From positions 1 to 64,000 of the IMG/VR virus record IMGVR_UViG_3300026097_000009: 64,000 nt of DNA. One strand, given 5' to 3'. The stretch comes from a virus. Positions 40,543-50,877 of this stretch are shown here, in pieces (positions within the stretch are counted from its first letter, which is position 1; every line of letters starts with the position of its first letter). Both the position numbers and the translations under genes were made by a program. The notes under the pieces were generated by a model, which was not told the origin of the DNA, did no database searches, and saw only the letters and a list, made by a program, of their open reading frames with translations.

Positions 40543-40929
40543 ATGAATCAAAAAGCCGGGTTGTTTTTTATATCAGTGTCCACACAGCGTTTATTTCTAA
40601 TTTTAGAAAAAAATAAATGGACCGTGCCTACGTTTTCAAGAAATAGTACATTGCTAAACGACGCAGAATTCTTGCTAAATGAGTATGCTTACGGAAAAAT
40701 AATTCCCATAGAGCTTTACGTCAGTAACGACAAAGGCTTCGAATACGGGACCTATGTGTGCGTTGTAGACGCCGAATTTCTAGGAAACGAGAAGGAAACT
40801 ATAGCTTGGTGTAATTTTGGTAACCTGCCGAGAAATTTACACGTCGGGTTGAAAACAACATTAAATAACACACAGATAAAAACTAAAATTGAAACAATAA
40901 TGGAATTACAAAATGTTACAAAAGATTGA
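40543..40929 (+). CDS. Degenerate NUDIX-fold protein
   Basis: AGLFF..RLFL..W..P and YVCVV..EF..AW..LP..LH outline a NUDIX fold, but there is no GX5EX7REUXEEXG box. Confidence 0.5.
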   Translation: MNQKAGLFFISVSTQRLFLILEKNKWTVPTFSRNSTLLNDAEFLLNEYAYGKIIPIELYVSNDKGFEYGTYVCVVDAEFLGNEKETIAWCNFGNLPRNLHVGLKTTLNNTQIKTKIETIMELQNVTKD

Positions 40930-41197
40930 ACAAAGCGAAGCATTCAAAACCGATTATAAAAAATATCAGTCTGATATTTCAAAAATTACAGATAAAAAAC
41001 TGCAAGAAGACTGCACTGATTTGTTGAGACAGTTGAAAAACACAGTAGTTTGGATAGATAACATGCACGAGCAATTGTTTGTTACACATCAAATGCCGTC
41101 GGATGTGTCAGAAGCTCGTCAAAAAATCATCAGCATTAAGAAACAACTAGATACTAGACTGAAAAGTTACCAAAACAAGAAGCGCAGAACACTTTAA
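40913..41197 (+). CDS. Hypothetical helical protein
   Basis: 94-aa ORF overlapping the upstream gene. Confidence 0.6.
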   Translation: MLQKIEQSEAFKTDYKKYQSDISKITDKKLQEDCTDLLRQLKNTVVWIDNMHEQLFVTHQMPSDVSEARQKIISIKKQLDTRLKSYQNKKRRTL

Positions 41198-44100
41198 GCC
41201 TGCGCTTCTGACCATTTTAATACAATATTAGCATTAACTGCGTCGCCACTTACTTTATACACGTTGATAGCAAGAACATCCGGGCCGTTCGGGAAGGTGC
41301 CTCTTCCACCGATTGTGGTATTTGTAAGCTCTTTCAATTTGTCTAGAGTCAATGTCGCCCTTTCTCCAGGTACCGCAATAAACGAAAATACAGTTTCCCC
41401 AGGCTGTGCATACGCAGGATTACCAAATTCAAATGTTACAGTATCAGAAGCACTGATTGATGCTACAGAAGTCTGGCTAAATGTAACCTCGTAAAAAACA
41501 GTGCCTCCTAATTGTAATTCATTAACATTGGATACCGCTGTACCAGCTGGCCAATTAGTATCGGATGCCGCTACAGAAGTACCAACTGTTGCGCCACTGG
41601 CTACCCAGCTTGCTTGTGTGAACAGCAATCTGTTGGTAATTCCTTCATATGTGCTGAAAACGAATTTTAATTCTGTGCTTGCATTAGTTTGATTATTAGC
41701 TGTTGTGCCGCCGAATTGATCTTGATAATATACCTGAACAGAGTCAACGCCGTTGTCTTCTACCCTAGTTACAACATAAGTGTCGCCGCCGGAACCGGTA
41801 AATGCATTGGGATTCTGCGAAAATATTTGTGCACCAACAAGAATAGGACCAGCTGATACATAATCCGCATAATTTAATGGAACTGGAGAAAATCTATCAT
41901 TAAACAGCCCGGTTCTTGTGTACACAAACCCTGTGTCAATATCGTCTGAAACCGTTGCTGTTGCCGTAGTTAAACTTGCGCCGCCATTCCAGTCAACTGA
42001 GCCGCCACCTGCAATCTGTGCAAAACTCGGCTGTCCGCCTTGTGCAAGACCGCTTAATCCTCCCCAGCCGATATCTGCCGGGTTGATAGGATAGTTTTGC
42101 GGATTAAGAATACCTTCGATAACAATGCCACCTCTGATAGGCGAATCATCGCCGGCCGTTCCGTCTGATGTAATTTCCAAACTGTCAAGCAATAACTGAG
42201 CTCGATTCACCAGTTCTCTTTCTCCTAGATCGCCAACAATAGCGTTAGATACGCTCGGTGCTAATCGAATTAAGAACGCAGTTTCTCGTGTAGTAGTTAC
42301 AGAAATGCCGTTAGCTGAATATGAGAATAAGTATCCTCTATCGTCATCAAACAATCCATCTGTTAACAGTGCCGAACCCCAGTGACTAATCACAGGAGTT
42401 ACTGTGGTACTAACTAGAATTACGCCTGCGCCTGCACTGTGACTTACTGCGTCTCCTGCGCTATAGGTTCTATTAGATCCGCCTGCAAAATTACTCAAGT
42501 TGGCTGATCTTGTTAATCCAGAAAGTGTGTTACCGGATCTTGTAGTGTAACTTATTAACTCATTGTCTATCATTATGGTTCCGCCGTTAGTGGGGAAATA
42601 GTAACCATTAAACAATTCTAGTGTTGTATCTCCTGATTCGATGCTTAATCGAAGGGCATCTCTTGCACCTTCGTTCTTAACATCATATCTCACAGGTAAG
42701 TTAGCTGTACGCATGTATGCTTCAGTTCGGTTATTTGAGTTTCTAATTCTGTGGAAAATTATAAATTTACCGTCTGCTCCACGCAACATAAATTCAATAA
42801 ATCCAGCCGCGTACCATGTATATTGTACGCCAATCATCTGCATTTTTGTAGGATCTAGATTATAACCGCTCGGACCGTTTCCATCTAGTTTATCAAGGTT
42901 CCACTCTTCTTGCGGAATAACTTCATCCTGTGTTAGTGCAATTTTTGCTCCGGAAACATTTACCGCTCCTCTAAAATCAGGAGATATTGTCATGTTTTGC
43001 TGATCTGTAATCGAAGTTACCGTATGGCTCATACCTCGTATAACGATCGGATCTCCAACTTTTAGTTGATCTTGGAATCTTGTATCTGTACCTACTACTG
43101 AATTCGAATCAGTATTAACCGCAATTGTTCCTGCTAATTGGAAAGTTGAGCTTCTTTTCACAACAGCCATTTTTATGCCATCGAACTGGAAGAAAATTCC
43201 ATTCTGATCATCGAACGGGCCAGTTCTTACAGTTGCACCGTGCCAGTTTTTAACACTCATAGTAGCTTCAGGTCCTAACGAAGCAGTTAATGCCCCTACT
43301 GGAGTTGACGATCTTACCCTAAAGCTTCTTTCGTCAACTATGCTTTCTATGGTGTATTCGCCGTTATAACCGCCGGTTGATATTCCGGATATAACAATAA
43401 CTCCACCTACTTGTGCGTTATGGTTAGTATCGTCAGTAGTTATTGTTAGCAATGAATTAGCCGCTGTGCTTTCAGCTGTTGCACTTAGTAAGTTATAGTT
43501 CGGAGCAAACAATGCGCCTGTTGTATACATTATGCCTTTACCTGATTGATAACGTATATACTTTTTACTCTGACGAACTGCTTGTGCTCCATGCGCAGGA
43601 CCGCCTGTTCCTAGCTGTACACCGCCGTCGAACGGTCTATGTGTAAAGAAAGTATCCGGACGACTGTACACAACACCTGTCATATCAGTATTGGTATCAA
43701 TAATTCCAGTTGTTCTAGCTGTGTAGCGTATTTCTGTCGGGCCAGGAATTTGACTAACATAAAAAGGACCGCTTGCTAATTCGTGATTTGCACTGGCCAG
43801 TGTAATAATCTGTGTTGCATCTGTGTTTGACACAGCAACAAAGGTATTTTCTCCGCTCGGTGTTCCAAATGCAATTTTATCCCAACCGGACGATGATTCC
43901 ATGCTTTCTACAGACCATGTTATCCCATCGAATGTAGTTGCGGCATTTGTAGATCCTCTTGCAACCGCTACAAAGTTAGTTCCATCGAATGCAACAGAAT
44001 TCCAGTTCGCACTGGTTCCTATGCTTCCTGTAGTCCAATTTATTCCGTCTGTGGAATAACCAGAAGTTGCTGTTCCTTCTGCAACAGCAACAAATCTGTC

Positions 44101-47100
44101 TAGACCAAATTCAATATCTCGCCATGAGGCACTTGCTGGAGCTGTTGCACTTGTCCAACTTTGTCCGCCATTTATAGAGTATGCGGCATCAGTTCCGCCG
44201 GTTTCGAAGGTTACAAAATAAGTTACCCCTCTTAGTGTGCCTGCACCAATTGCTCTCCAGTTTGACGTCGTAGGCAATGTCGATCCTGTCCATGTCTGGC
44301 CTCCATCTGTAGAATATGCGGCAGCCGTAGAATTATTTCTTACTGCAACAAAGACGCCGTCACCGTATGCTACACCGTTCCATGTTCCTGAGCTTGGTAG
44401 TGTGGAAGCAGTCCAGCTAATCCCATCTGTAGAGTATGCGGCTTCGTTTGTATCTCCGACCGCAACAAAATATCCTACTCCATCAACTTCGCCGTATGCC
44501 ATATCTTCCCAAGCACTTGCGCTAGGCATTGTTGATGCTGTCCAGGTTTCTCCGGTAGTACTGTGTGCGGCAACATTAGATCCGCTTTCTACAGCAACGA
44601 ATCTATCTTCACCGTATGCAATTCCTCGCCAGTCGCCGGACACAGTAATAGTGCCGTCGGCACCACTAAATGCTGGTGGAGGATTTGACGATATATCAAT
44701 TAATAAACTGGACCCAGGCACAAGTCCGTGATCGGATTCAAAATCAATTGTTATTGTTGCAATAGCTCCAACATTAAGGGTAGTTCCATTTGTAATAGAA
44801 CCTATTAACGCATCACTTAGGGTTAAAGAACTAAAGAAAGTAATTGAATCTCCTTCGTAAGGTGTTCCGGAAACATCAGCATCGGTAATTGCGCCTTGAT
44901 CTACAGCAGTTACAACTATTATTGCATCGTTTGTTCCAGTTGTACCGCCTAAAGCCGAACCTGGGATTAAAATTTTGTCGCCAGTGTTATATCCAGAACC
45001 ACCATTTTGCACTGAAACAGAATAAGAACCGTCTTGTCTAGTAATTGTAAAGAAAGATCCACCACCGGACGGTGTAACAAGACTGCCTGTTACACCAGTA
45101 TAATCTGCATCACCTGTTACACCTGTGCCACTTAGTACTGTAAAGTTAACAACCGCTCCTGTGCCGAAAGAAACTCCATCAACCCTAATTGTAATATCGT
45201 TATCGGGAGAAGTTCCGCCGAAATCAGTTCCTACAAAAGTTACAACATCACCTTGTGCGTGTCCACTGCCTCCTGCAAATAAAGACACTGTGTAGTTCCC
45301 ACTACCGCCTTCACGATCTACATCAATTCTAAAATTAATGCCAGCTCCGGTAGTTGAATCCTGATTTACATTTGTATATGTTTCGCCGCCTGATATCGAC
45401 GTACCTTCAGTTTCAAAAGAAGTAATTGCGCCGCCTGAATCAATTTCTGTAACTATAATTGTTAGATCGTTAGCGGGTGTTTCACCGCCTAAATTATCCC
45501 CTGTAACTAAAATTCTATCGTTTACAGCATAGTTTTGTCCAATTTTAGAACTGTCTTGGGCATCAAACACAGTGTAAGCACCGGCAGATCTAGAAACATT
45601 GAATGTTCCGTCTTCTCCGATAGGTTGAACGTTAGATCCGCTCACTCCAGTGTTTGTTCCATTACTTCCTGTAAGTGTAGAAGTATATGGACCACTAAAA
45701 TCAACTGTATTACCGTCAATCGCAGTAATAAACAGAGCATCGCCCTCGCTGTTATCAACGGCCATTCCGGCTGATAATCCTGAAGAATCAGTTAACGTAA
45801 TAGATGTTGAATCTTCTGCAACATCATCTGCAATGTTTAATTCAGTTCCGTTGGCACCTGCATCTGCAACACCTGTTATGCTAGATCCTGGTACTAAAGA
45901 ACTAGACCCTGAAATAGGCGATCCGATTGTCGGAGCAGTTCCTGTAAATGCTATAAATGTAGAATCTGTAGGGGTGTTAAATCTAGATGTAACTGAAGCA
46001 TTTGTACCATTCGATTCTACCGAAAACGTAGGAGTTCCTATAGAGCTTCCTGTATAGAACGCTCCCTTCCTAATTTGTGTGAAGTTTGTTACTAATTCTT
46101 CGCCGTTAGATTGTCCTACTTTAGCCTGAGAATAGTAGGTAAATGTGGTGGCTGTAGGAACTCTAAACACTAGAAAACTACCTTCAGCTCTACCAAAACC
46201 TCTAATATTATTACTTAGGCCTTTCACTGTAATCGGATCACCTACTGAGAAGTTGTGAGGACCCGGGGTAGTTACTGTAATTAAAGAAGAACCGAAATCA
46301 CCTGAATTTGACGATGCGTCTGTGATCACTGAAGAAATATCAATATCTGTTCCTGGTACTTCGTATATGGACGGATAACTTCTCTGTAATGCAATCGCTT
46401 GCCACTTAGTAGGCTGTAACCCGTATTCAAAGTCAGCGTCAAGCATAGCTTGCGGAGTAGCGACACGCATACGTTCGATAGCGTCTGTTCCAAAGTCCCA
46501 CGGTCTGATAGTTTGATATTCTTCTTCTGAAAATACCTGAATGCTGTCGCTGGCGCTCATCGAGCTTGTATCATATTCTAGATAGATCGATGTAACACCA
46601 TCAGTAGCTTGCGAATATGTAGGCCAATCTAGATCTCTGATGTATTCTCCGGTACTATCTCTACCTTGCTTTATAACAAACGAGCCGCCGGCGGTTGTAT
46701 CTGAAAAATTATATATTATGTTGTTTGTATCGGTATTGGTAATCAGCAATATTTCATTACTGTTAAATTTACCTAAAACTTTTATTGTGCTTACACCAAA
46801 CTCTTTAGCCGGTACTTCATCATCGCCGTTTGTCATTACATTTGTTAAAATACCAACTAATGCGGTAATTCTTGCGGCGGCACCTGTTTCTGCATTGTTA
46901 TCTAAAGTTTGTTGTACACTGTCAGTCTGCCCAAATGTAGGTGCGCTGGTATTAGTAAAAATATAAGTGTTAATTAAACTATTGATATAGTTTTGTCCAG
47001 CAACATCTTCAGCAGGACTATCGCCTAACTGGCTAACTCCGTTGCGCCAAAAATAACTTGAAAGATTTCTAGTTTCGATGTTCCCGCCGTATCTCAAGTC

Positions 47101-47334
47101 GTGTGCGTAAGCATCGACAGCATATCCTGCGTCTCTTCTGCAGTCTGCTTCGCTGTACAAAAATCCATTAAAAGGAGAATTACCTTCAGATATTTCGTTA
47201 TTAATAAATGCTACAAGTTGATCTTGTATAAAGGTTTTGTTAGCTGTTAGTAAAGCATATGCATTTGGGTATAAGTTTGCGCTTCTACTTATTCCTGGAT
47301 GAAAAACATAATCTTTTATAATCTTTTTTGCCAT
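41194..47334 (-). CDS. Giant virion structural protein (fibre/baseplate appendage) with beta-propeller repeats
   Basis: 2046 aa, G/S/T-rich; CRRDAGY..DLRYGGN helical module; repeated W..(I/V)AYG.G.FVAV...YS.DG..W blades at about 43820-44645. Confidence 0.75.
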   Translation of the reverse strand: MAKKIIKDYVFHPGISRSANLYPNAYALLTANKTFIQDQLVAFINNEISEGNSPFNGFLYSEADCRRDAGYAVDAYAHDLRYGGNIETRNLSSYFWRNGVSQLGDSPAEDVAGQNYINSLINTYIFTNTSAPTFGQTDSVQQTLDNNAETGAAARITALVGILTNVMTNGDDEVPAKEFGVSTIKVLGKFNSNEILLITNTDTNNIIYNFSDTTAGGSFVIKQGRDSTGEYIRDLDWPTYSQATDGVTSIYLEYDTSSMSASDSIQVFSEEEYQTIRPWDFGTDAIERMRVATPQAMLDADFEYGLQPTKWQAIALQRSYPSIYEVPGTDIDISSVITDASSNSGDFGSSLITVTTPGPHNFSVGDPITVKGLSNNIRGFGRAEGSFLVFRVPTATTFTYYSQAKVGQSNGEELVTNFTQIRKGAFYTGSSIGTPTFSVESNGTNASVTSRFNTPTDSTFIAFTGTAPTIGSPISGSSSLVPGSSITGVADAGANGTELNIADDVAEDSTSITLTDSSGLSAGMAVDNSEGDALFITAIDGNTVDFSGPYTSTLTGSNGTNTGVSGSNVQPIGEDGTFNVSRSAGAYTVFDAQDSSKIGQNYAVNDRILVTGDNLGGETPANDLTIIVTEIDSGGAITSFETEGTSISGGETYTNVNQDSTTGAGINFRIDVDREGGSGNYTVSLFAGGSGHAQGDVVTFVGTDFGGTSPDNDITIRVDGVSFGTGAVVNFTVLSGTGVTGDADYTGVTGSLVTPSGGGSFFTITRQDGSYSVSVQNGGSGYNTGDKILIPGSALGGTTGTNDAIIVVTAVDQGAITDADVSGTPYEGDSITFFSSLTLSDALIGSITNGTTLNVGAIATITIDFESDHGLVPGSSLLIDISSNPPPAFSGADGTITVSGDWRGIAYGEDRFVAVESGSNVAAHSTTGETWTASTMPSASAWEDMAYGEVDGVGYFVAVGDTNEAAYSTDGISWTASTLPSSGTWNGVAYGDGVFVAVRNNSTAAAYSTDGGQTWTGSTLPTTSNWRAIGAGTLRGVTYFVTFETGGTDAAYSINGGQSWTSATAPASASWRDIEFGLDRFVAVAEGTATSGYSTDGINWTTGSIGTSANWNSVAFDGTNFVAVARGSTNAATTFDGITWSVESMESSSGWDKIAFGTPSGENTFVAVSNTDATQIITLASANHELASGPFYVSQIPGPTEIRYTARTTGIIDTNTDMTGVVYSRPDTFFTHRPFDGGVQLGTGGPAHGAQAVRQSKKYIRYQSGKGIMYTTGALFAPNYNLLSATAESTAANSLLTITTDDTNHNAQVGGVIVISGISTGGYNGEYTIESIVDERSFRVRSSTPVGALTASLGPEATMSVKNWHGATVRTGPFDDQNGIFFQFDGIKMAVVKRSSTFQLAGTIAVNTDSNSVVGTDTRFQDQLKVGDPIVIRGMSHTVTSITDQQNMTISPDFRGAVNVSGAKIALTQDEVIPQEEWNLDKLDGNGPSGYNLDPTKMQMIGVQYTWYAAGFIEFMLRGADGKFIIFHRIRNSNNRTEAYMRTANLPVRYDVKNEGARDALRLSIESGDTTLELFNGYYFPTNGGTIMIDNELISYTTRSGNTLSGLTRSANLSNFAGGSNRTYSAGDAVSHSAGAGVILVSTTVTPVISHWGSALLTDGLFDDDRGYLFSYSANGISVTTTRETAFLIRLAPSVSNAIVGDLGERELVNRAQLLLDSLEITSDGTAGDDSPIRGGIVIEGILNPQNYPINPADIGWGGLSGLAQGGQPSFAQIAGGGSVDWNGGASLTTATATVSDDIDTGFVYTRTGLFNDRFSPVPLNYADYVSAGPILVGAQIFSQNPNAFTGSGGDTYVVTRVEDNGVDSVQVYYQDQFGGTTANNQTNASTELKFVFSTYEGITNRLLFTQASWVASGATVGTSVAASDTNWPAGTAVSNVNELQLGGTVFYEVTFSQTSVASISASDTVTFEFGNPAYAQPGETVFSFIAVPGERATLTLDKLKELTNTTIGGRGTFPNGPDVLAINVYKVSGDAVNANIVLKWSEAQA

Positions 47335-47335
47335 T

Positions 47336-47989
47336 TTATGCTCCGAATGCTATACTAAACGCTGAAATTCTAGTGTCGACATAATCTTTTCTCGTTGCGT
47401 CAGATGTTTGTGTTGGTTGATTATTAATAGTAATACTGTCCGATGTTAACGTGTTTACTTCAACTGTATCGGCTGCAATTCTTGCACCAATATCTGCGTT
47501 TCCTGTAATACTTAAATTTCCAGTTCCTATAATTTCTCCTTGAACCGAAAGCTCTCCTGCACTATCGCCTGGCCCTACATTCAAGGAAGTAAAACTTGCG
47601 GCTCTAGGAACAGCAAGTCCAATTTCGATATTATCAATCTTACCAATATTAGAACTACTAGAAATATTAACAACACCGTCTACTACTGAAAAATAAGGTG
47701 TTGATCCTTCACTGATTGTTAAATCGCCATCAATATCTAAAAAATCCAGTGTGCCTACTCTGCGTAAGTTACTACCTGTAATACCATCACCTAAGGAAAT
47801 AGTGGTAGATTCTCCGCCTTCAACTAATTGGGTTCCTTTAATTATGATGTTGTCTACTCTTAAAACACTTTCGTCAGCACCCGAGTCTATGACTAATGAT
47901 GCGAGAGAAACATTTCCTTCTTCGTCTACATTAAAACCCGGACTTTCAAATCCAAATTTAGATTGAAACGCCTTGTAGTTTACTGGCAC
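47336..47989 (-). CDS. Virion structural / fibre-associated protein
   Basis: GTG start after AGGAG; late motif at 48016-48011; C-terminal DATRKDYVD fibre motif. Confidence 0.65.
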   Translation of the reverse strand: MPVNYKAFQSKFGFESPGFNVDEEGNVSLASLVIDSGADESVLRVDNIIIKGTQLVEGGESTTISLGDGITGSNLRRVGTLDFLDIDGDLTISEGSTPYFSVVDGVVNISSSSNIGKIDNIEIGLAVPRAASFTSLNVGPGDSAGELSVQGEIIGTGNLSITGNADIGARIAADTVEVNTLTSDSITINNQPTQTSDATRKDYVDTRISAFSIAFGA

Positions 47990-48032
47990 CCATATCTCCT
48001 TAATAATAAGTATTTATTCATTTTTAGCTGTG

Positions 48033-48467
48033 TCAAGATCGTGTTGGATTATTTATAGTTTCGTAGTATGTGGCGCTAAAAATAGCCCTTGCACCGTCTA
48101 ATAATGTACTGTTGTCGTATGTGCTTCCGTCTGGGCTTTCGGCAGGATTTATAATTACATTTACATTACTGTTGTCAACGGTTGCTGTAACATCGATAAG
48201 ATTTTCTGAAAGTGTGAGAGACCCATAAACTATAACATTTGCTTCACTCGGACCTGCTAACACCGAACATTTTAATAGTTGTTTTCTTGCGTTTGAAATA
48301 TCAACCACAATAGTATAGTCGGCAGCCATAAATTCGCCAACATACCATTTATCTAGGATTGTGTTTGATTCAACAGGAACCCAAGGACCTTTGTAAGAAA
48401 AGTTTACACCGTTTTGTAATCTAAGGGTTTTATTAAAACCACGAAAAAAATACTTTGAAAAATCCAT
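48033..48467 (-). CDS. Putative virion structural protein
   Basis: 144-aa beta-rich ORF with TAAATA motifs at 48496-48487. Confidence 0.55.
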   Translation of the reverse strand: MDFSKYFFRGFNKTLRLQNGVNFSYKGPWVPVESNTILDKWYVGEFMAADYTIVVDISNARKQLLKCSVLAGPSEANVIVYGSLTLSENLIDVTATVDNSNVNVIINPAESPDGSTYDNSTLLDGARAIFSATYYETINNPTRS

Positions 48468-48493
48468 ACATACTACCTTACGATAGTATTTAT

Positions 48494-49087
48494 TTAATTT
48501 TTAATGTTTTCGATTTTTGTTTTAAAAGCAACGGTTGTGCGTAAACCCTTGAATGTTTTGTTGGGCGGAAGACCGTGATGTTCTATACTACCTTGAAAGA
48601 ACGCAACTCTTCCAGGTTTTGGTAAAATCTTTTTAATTCCTGATTTTAAATGCAGAATAGTTTCACCTCCCCAGGCGTCATGCCATTCTCGATTTGCATA
48701 GTATAATATTGTTATACTATCTTCAGTAGGATGATCAGTATGTGGAATAGTATCATGAATATATTGTTGCCCATTGACCATAATTTCGTGACACTTTACG
48801 TCATATTTAAGATTATTAATTAGTACCTTGTAAAACATTTTCCAACAGGTGTCAGTGTGTATATGTGATACCGCTGGAAAAATCTGTTGTTTTAGACATG
48901 GAGTTTCATTAGTGATGTTATCTTCGAAATAAGTTGTATGCCCCCAATTCCAACCATAAGAGTTATGAATAGTGTCGTGAACATGATCCACAAACCAATC
49001 AGGAAACAGATTATCAAGAACTAACAGTTTGTCTTGATAAGGATTAAAATCGTTAATCTTATCTGTTTCCTCTTGGGTAGATATCAT
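48494..49087 (-). CDS. 2OG-Fe(II) oxygenase (prolyl-hydroxylase-like)
   Basis: HTD, LYYAN.EW...WGGET, PGRVAFF...HHG, RTTVAFK. Confidence 0.88.
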   Translation of the reverse strand: MISTQEETDKINDFNPYQDKLLVLDNLFPDWFVDHVHDTIHNSYGWNWGHTTYFEDNITNETPCLKQQIFPAVSHIHTDTCWKMFYKVLINNLKYDVKCHEIMVNGQQYIHDTIPHTDHPTEDSITILYYANREWHDAWGGETILHLKSGIKKILPKPGRVAFFQGSIEHHGLPPNKTFKGLRTTVAFKTKIENIKN

Positions 49088-50877
49088 CAGTTTTTAACAG
49101 TAATTAATTTACCATATTCAGGTAAGAACAGATATTCAATATCCGAATTTACCAGTGTTCTAACAGCATCGTCAAGTGTTTCTACGAGAGGTTCGCCTCC
49201 TAGATTAAACGAAGTATTAAACACAATCGGTACACCGGTTTGCTTATAAAACTCTGAAATTAGAGAATGATAGTGTTCGTTCTGTTCAGGAGTTACTGTT
49301 TGAATTCGACAGGTTCCATCTACATGGATAATACTAGGAATTTTTTCAGCGATCCCTGGCTGGCATTTTACTGCGTACATCATATACGGTGAGTCTTCCA
49401 TTCCTCTTAGATCGAACCAATCATGCACATGTTCAGCAAGAATTGACCCTGCAAACGGACGGAAGTATTCACGACGTTTAATCATGTTAACAAAATCTTT
49501 ACCGTCTTCAAATGTTGGATCGAATAGGATACTTCTGTTACCTAACGCCCTCGGACCTGCTTCTGAACTTCCTTGGAATAGAGATACAATATTTTTCTCT
49601 TTCATTAATGCTACAACGTTTTCATTATTTGCATCGGAAATTTCTACACCGTATTTTTCTACCACGCTAGAAATATCAGAGTCTGTATAATTGTATCGTG
49701 GACCATGATACAAATCTTTCAAAGGACGAACAGTCATATCGTCTTCAATACCGTGCCAGAACATCATTGCCGCACCTATTGCTGTTCCTGCATCATTAGA
49801 TACTGGCTCTACAAACAGCTCGATTCCTTCGTCCTTTAACTCTTCAAGATAATAATAATTAGCCACACAGTTTAAGCCGTATCCACCGGACAGCACAACT
49901 TGCTTCTTTCCTGTTTTTTCAACAGCCATTCTAATAACTTTTAATACCTGTTCTTGGGTTGCTTTCTGACATGCGTATGCCATATCACGACGATTCTGTT
50001 CTTTTGTTAAATCGTCACTTTCAGGAATATCATTTATAAACTCGAACACATTTTGATTTACAAATGCGCCTTGTGGGTAATTAGGAATAAACAGGTCACG
50101 GTTTGCTCTATCACCGTAAGCAGTTGGTCTAAAGAACTCCGGAATTTTATCATTCTTTTCACCGTATGGAAATAATCCCATTGTTTTTCCTGCTTCGATT
50201 GCTGGAAATCCGCAGTATTCTGTAACGGCTTCGTATACTTTTGTAATGCCGCATGTATCAGAGAATACACATTCATGCGTATAACCGTCTTCTGCATAAT
50301 ATGAGCTGTCGAAATCTGGAACATAAGAAGATACAATAGGATCTCGTGCTCCTAGATGCTTCCAGACAGTTCTAAAATCTGCAGGATACGAACAATCGAT
50401 GATACTTTCTGTTTCGAAGAAAGTTAAATGACTGTCTCCATATGAAATAGGAACAAATGTTCCTGCGCCATCTACAACAACAGCTACCGCATCTTCAAAA
50501 CCCGAACGATAAAACGCACAGGCCGCGTGTAGCTTATGGTGCATGAATGCTAAATCCACAACCTGTGGATGATTTAGGCCAATATGAGGTTCGATTAGTC
50601 CTACTTTTCTTGCAAGTGCTGTATACACATCGTCAGGAGAGTAATCAATTTTTCCTGCGCTGCCTAGTTCAGTTGTGTGGGCAATAACTAGATAGTCAAT
50701 TTTATCTGTATACTCTTTTATTTTAAGCATAGAAGCAAGAGGACCGCCATCATATTTCTGACGGCTAAATCTTTCTTCTTCTGTGGCAAAGACTAACTCG
50801 CCATCCTTTAATAAGCATACGCCGGAGTTATGGCCTCTAGCAATACCAGCTACCCATGTTGATTTTTTATCACTCAT
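49087..50877 (-). CDS. Carbamoyltransferase, NodU/CmcH/TobZ family
   Basis: GHNSG, EEERFSRQK, HHKLHA, VDGAG, GKTMGL, GGYGLNCVAN, DAGTAIGA, GPRALGNRSIL, KRREYFRPFA, HVDGTCRIQTV, NTSFN. Confidence 0.95.
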   Translation of the reverse strand: MSDKKSTWVAGIARGHNSGVCLLKDGELVFATEEERFSRQKYDGGPLASMLKIKEYTDKIDYLVIAHTTELGSAGKIDYSPDDVYTALARKVGLIEPHIGLNHPQVVDLAFMHHKLHAACAFYRSGFEDAVAVVVDGAGTFVPISYGDSHLTFFETESIIDCSYPADFRTVWKHLGARDPIVSSYVPDFDSSYYAEDGYTHECVFSDTCGITKVYEAVTEYCGFPAIEAGKTMGLFPYGEKNDKIPEFFRPTAYGDRANRDLFIPNYPQGAFVNQNVFEFINDIPESDDLTKEQNRRDMAYACQKATQEQVLKVIRMAVEKTGKKQVVLSGGYGLNCVANYYYLEELKDEGIELFVEPVSNDAGTAIGAAMMFWHGIEDDMTVRPLKDLYHGPRYNYTDSDISSVVEKYGVEISDANNENVVALMKEKNIVSLFQGSSEAGPRALGNRSILFDPTFEDGKDFVNMIKRREYFRPFAGSILAEHVHDWFDLRGMEDSPYMMYAVKCQPGIAEKIPSIIHVDGTCRIQTVTPEQNEHYHSLISEFYKQTGVPIVFNTSFNLGGEPLVETLDDAVRTLVNSDIEYLFLPEYGKLITVKN

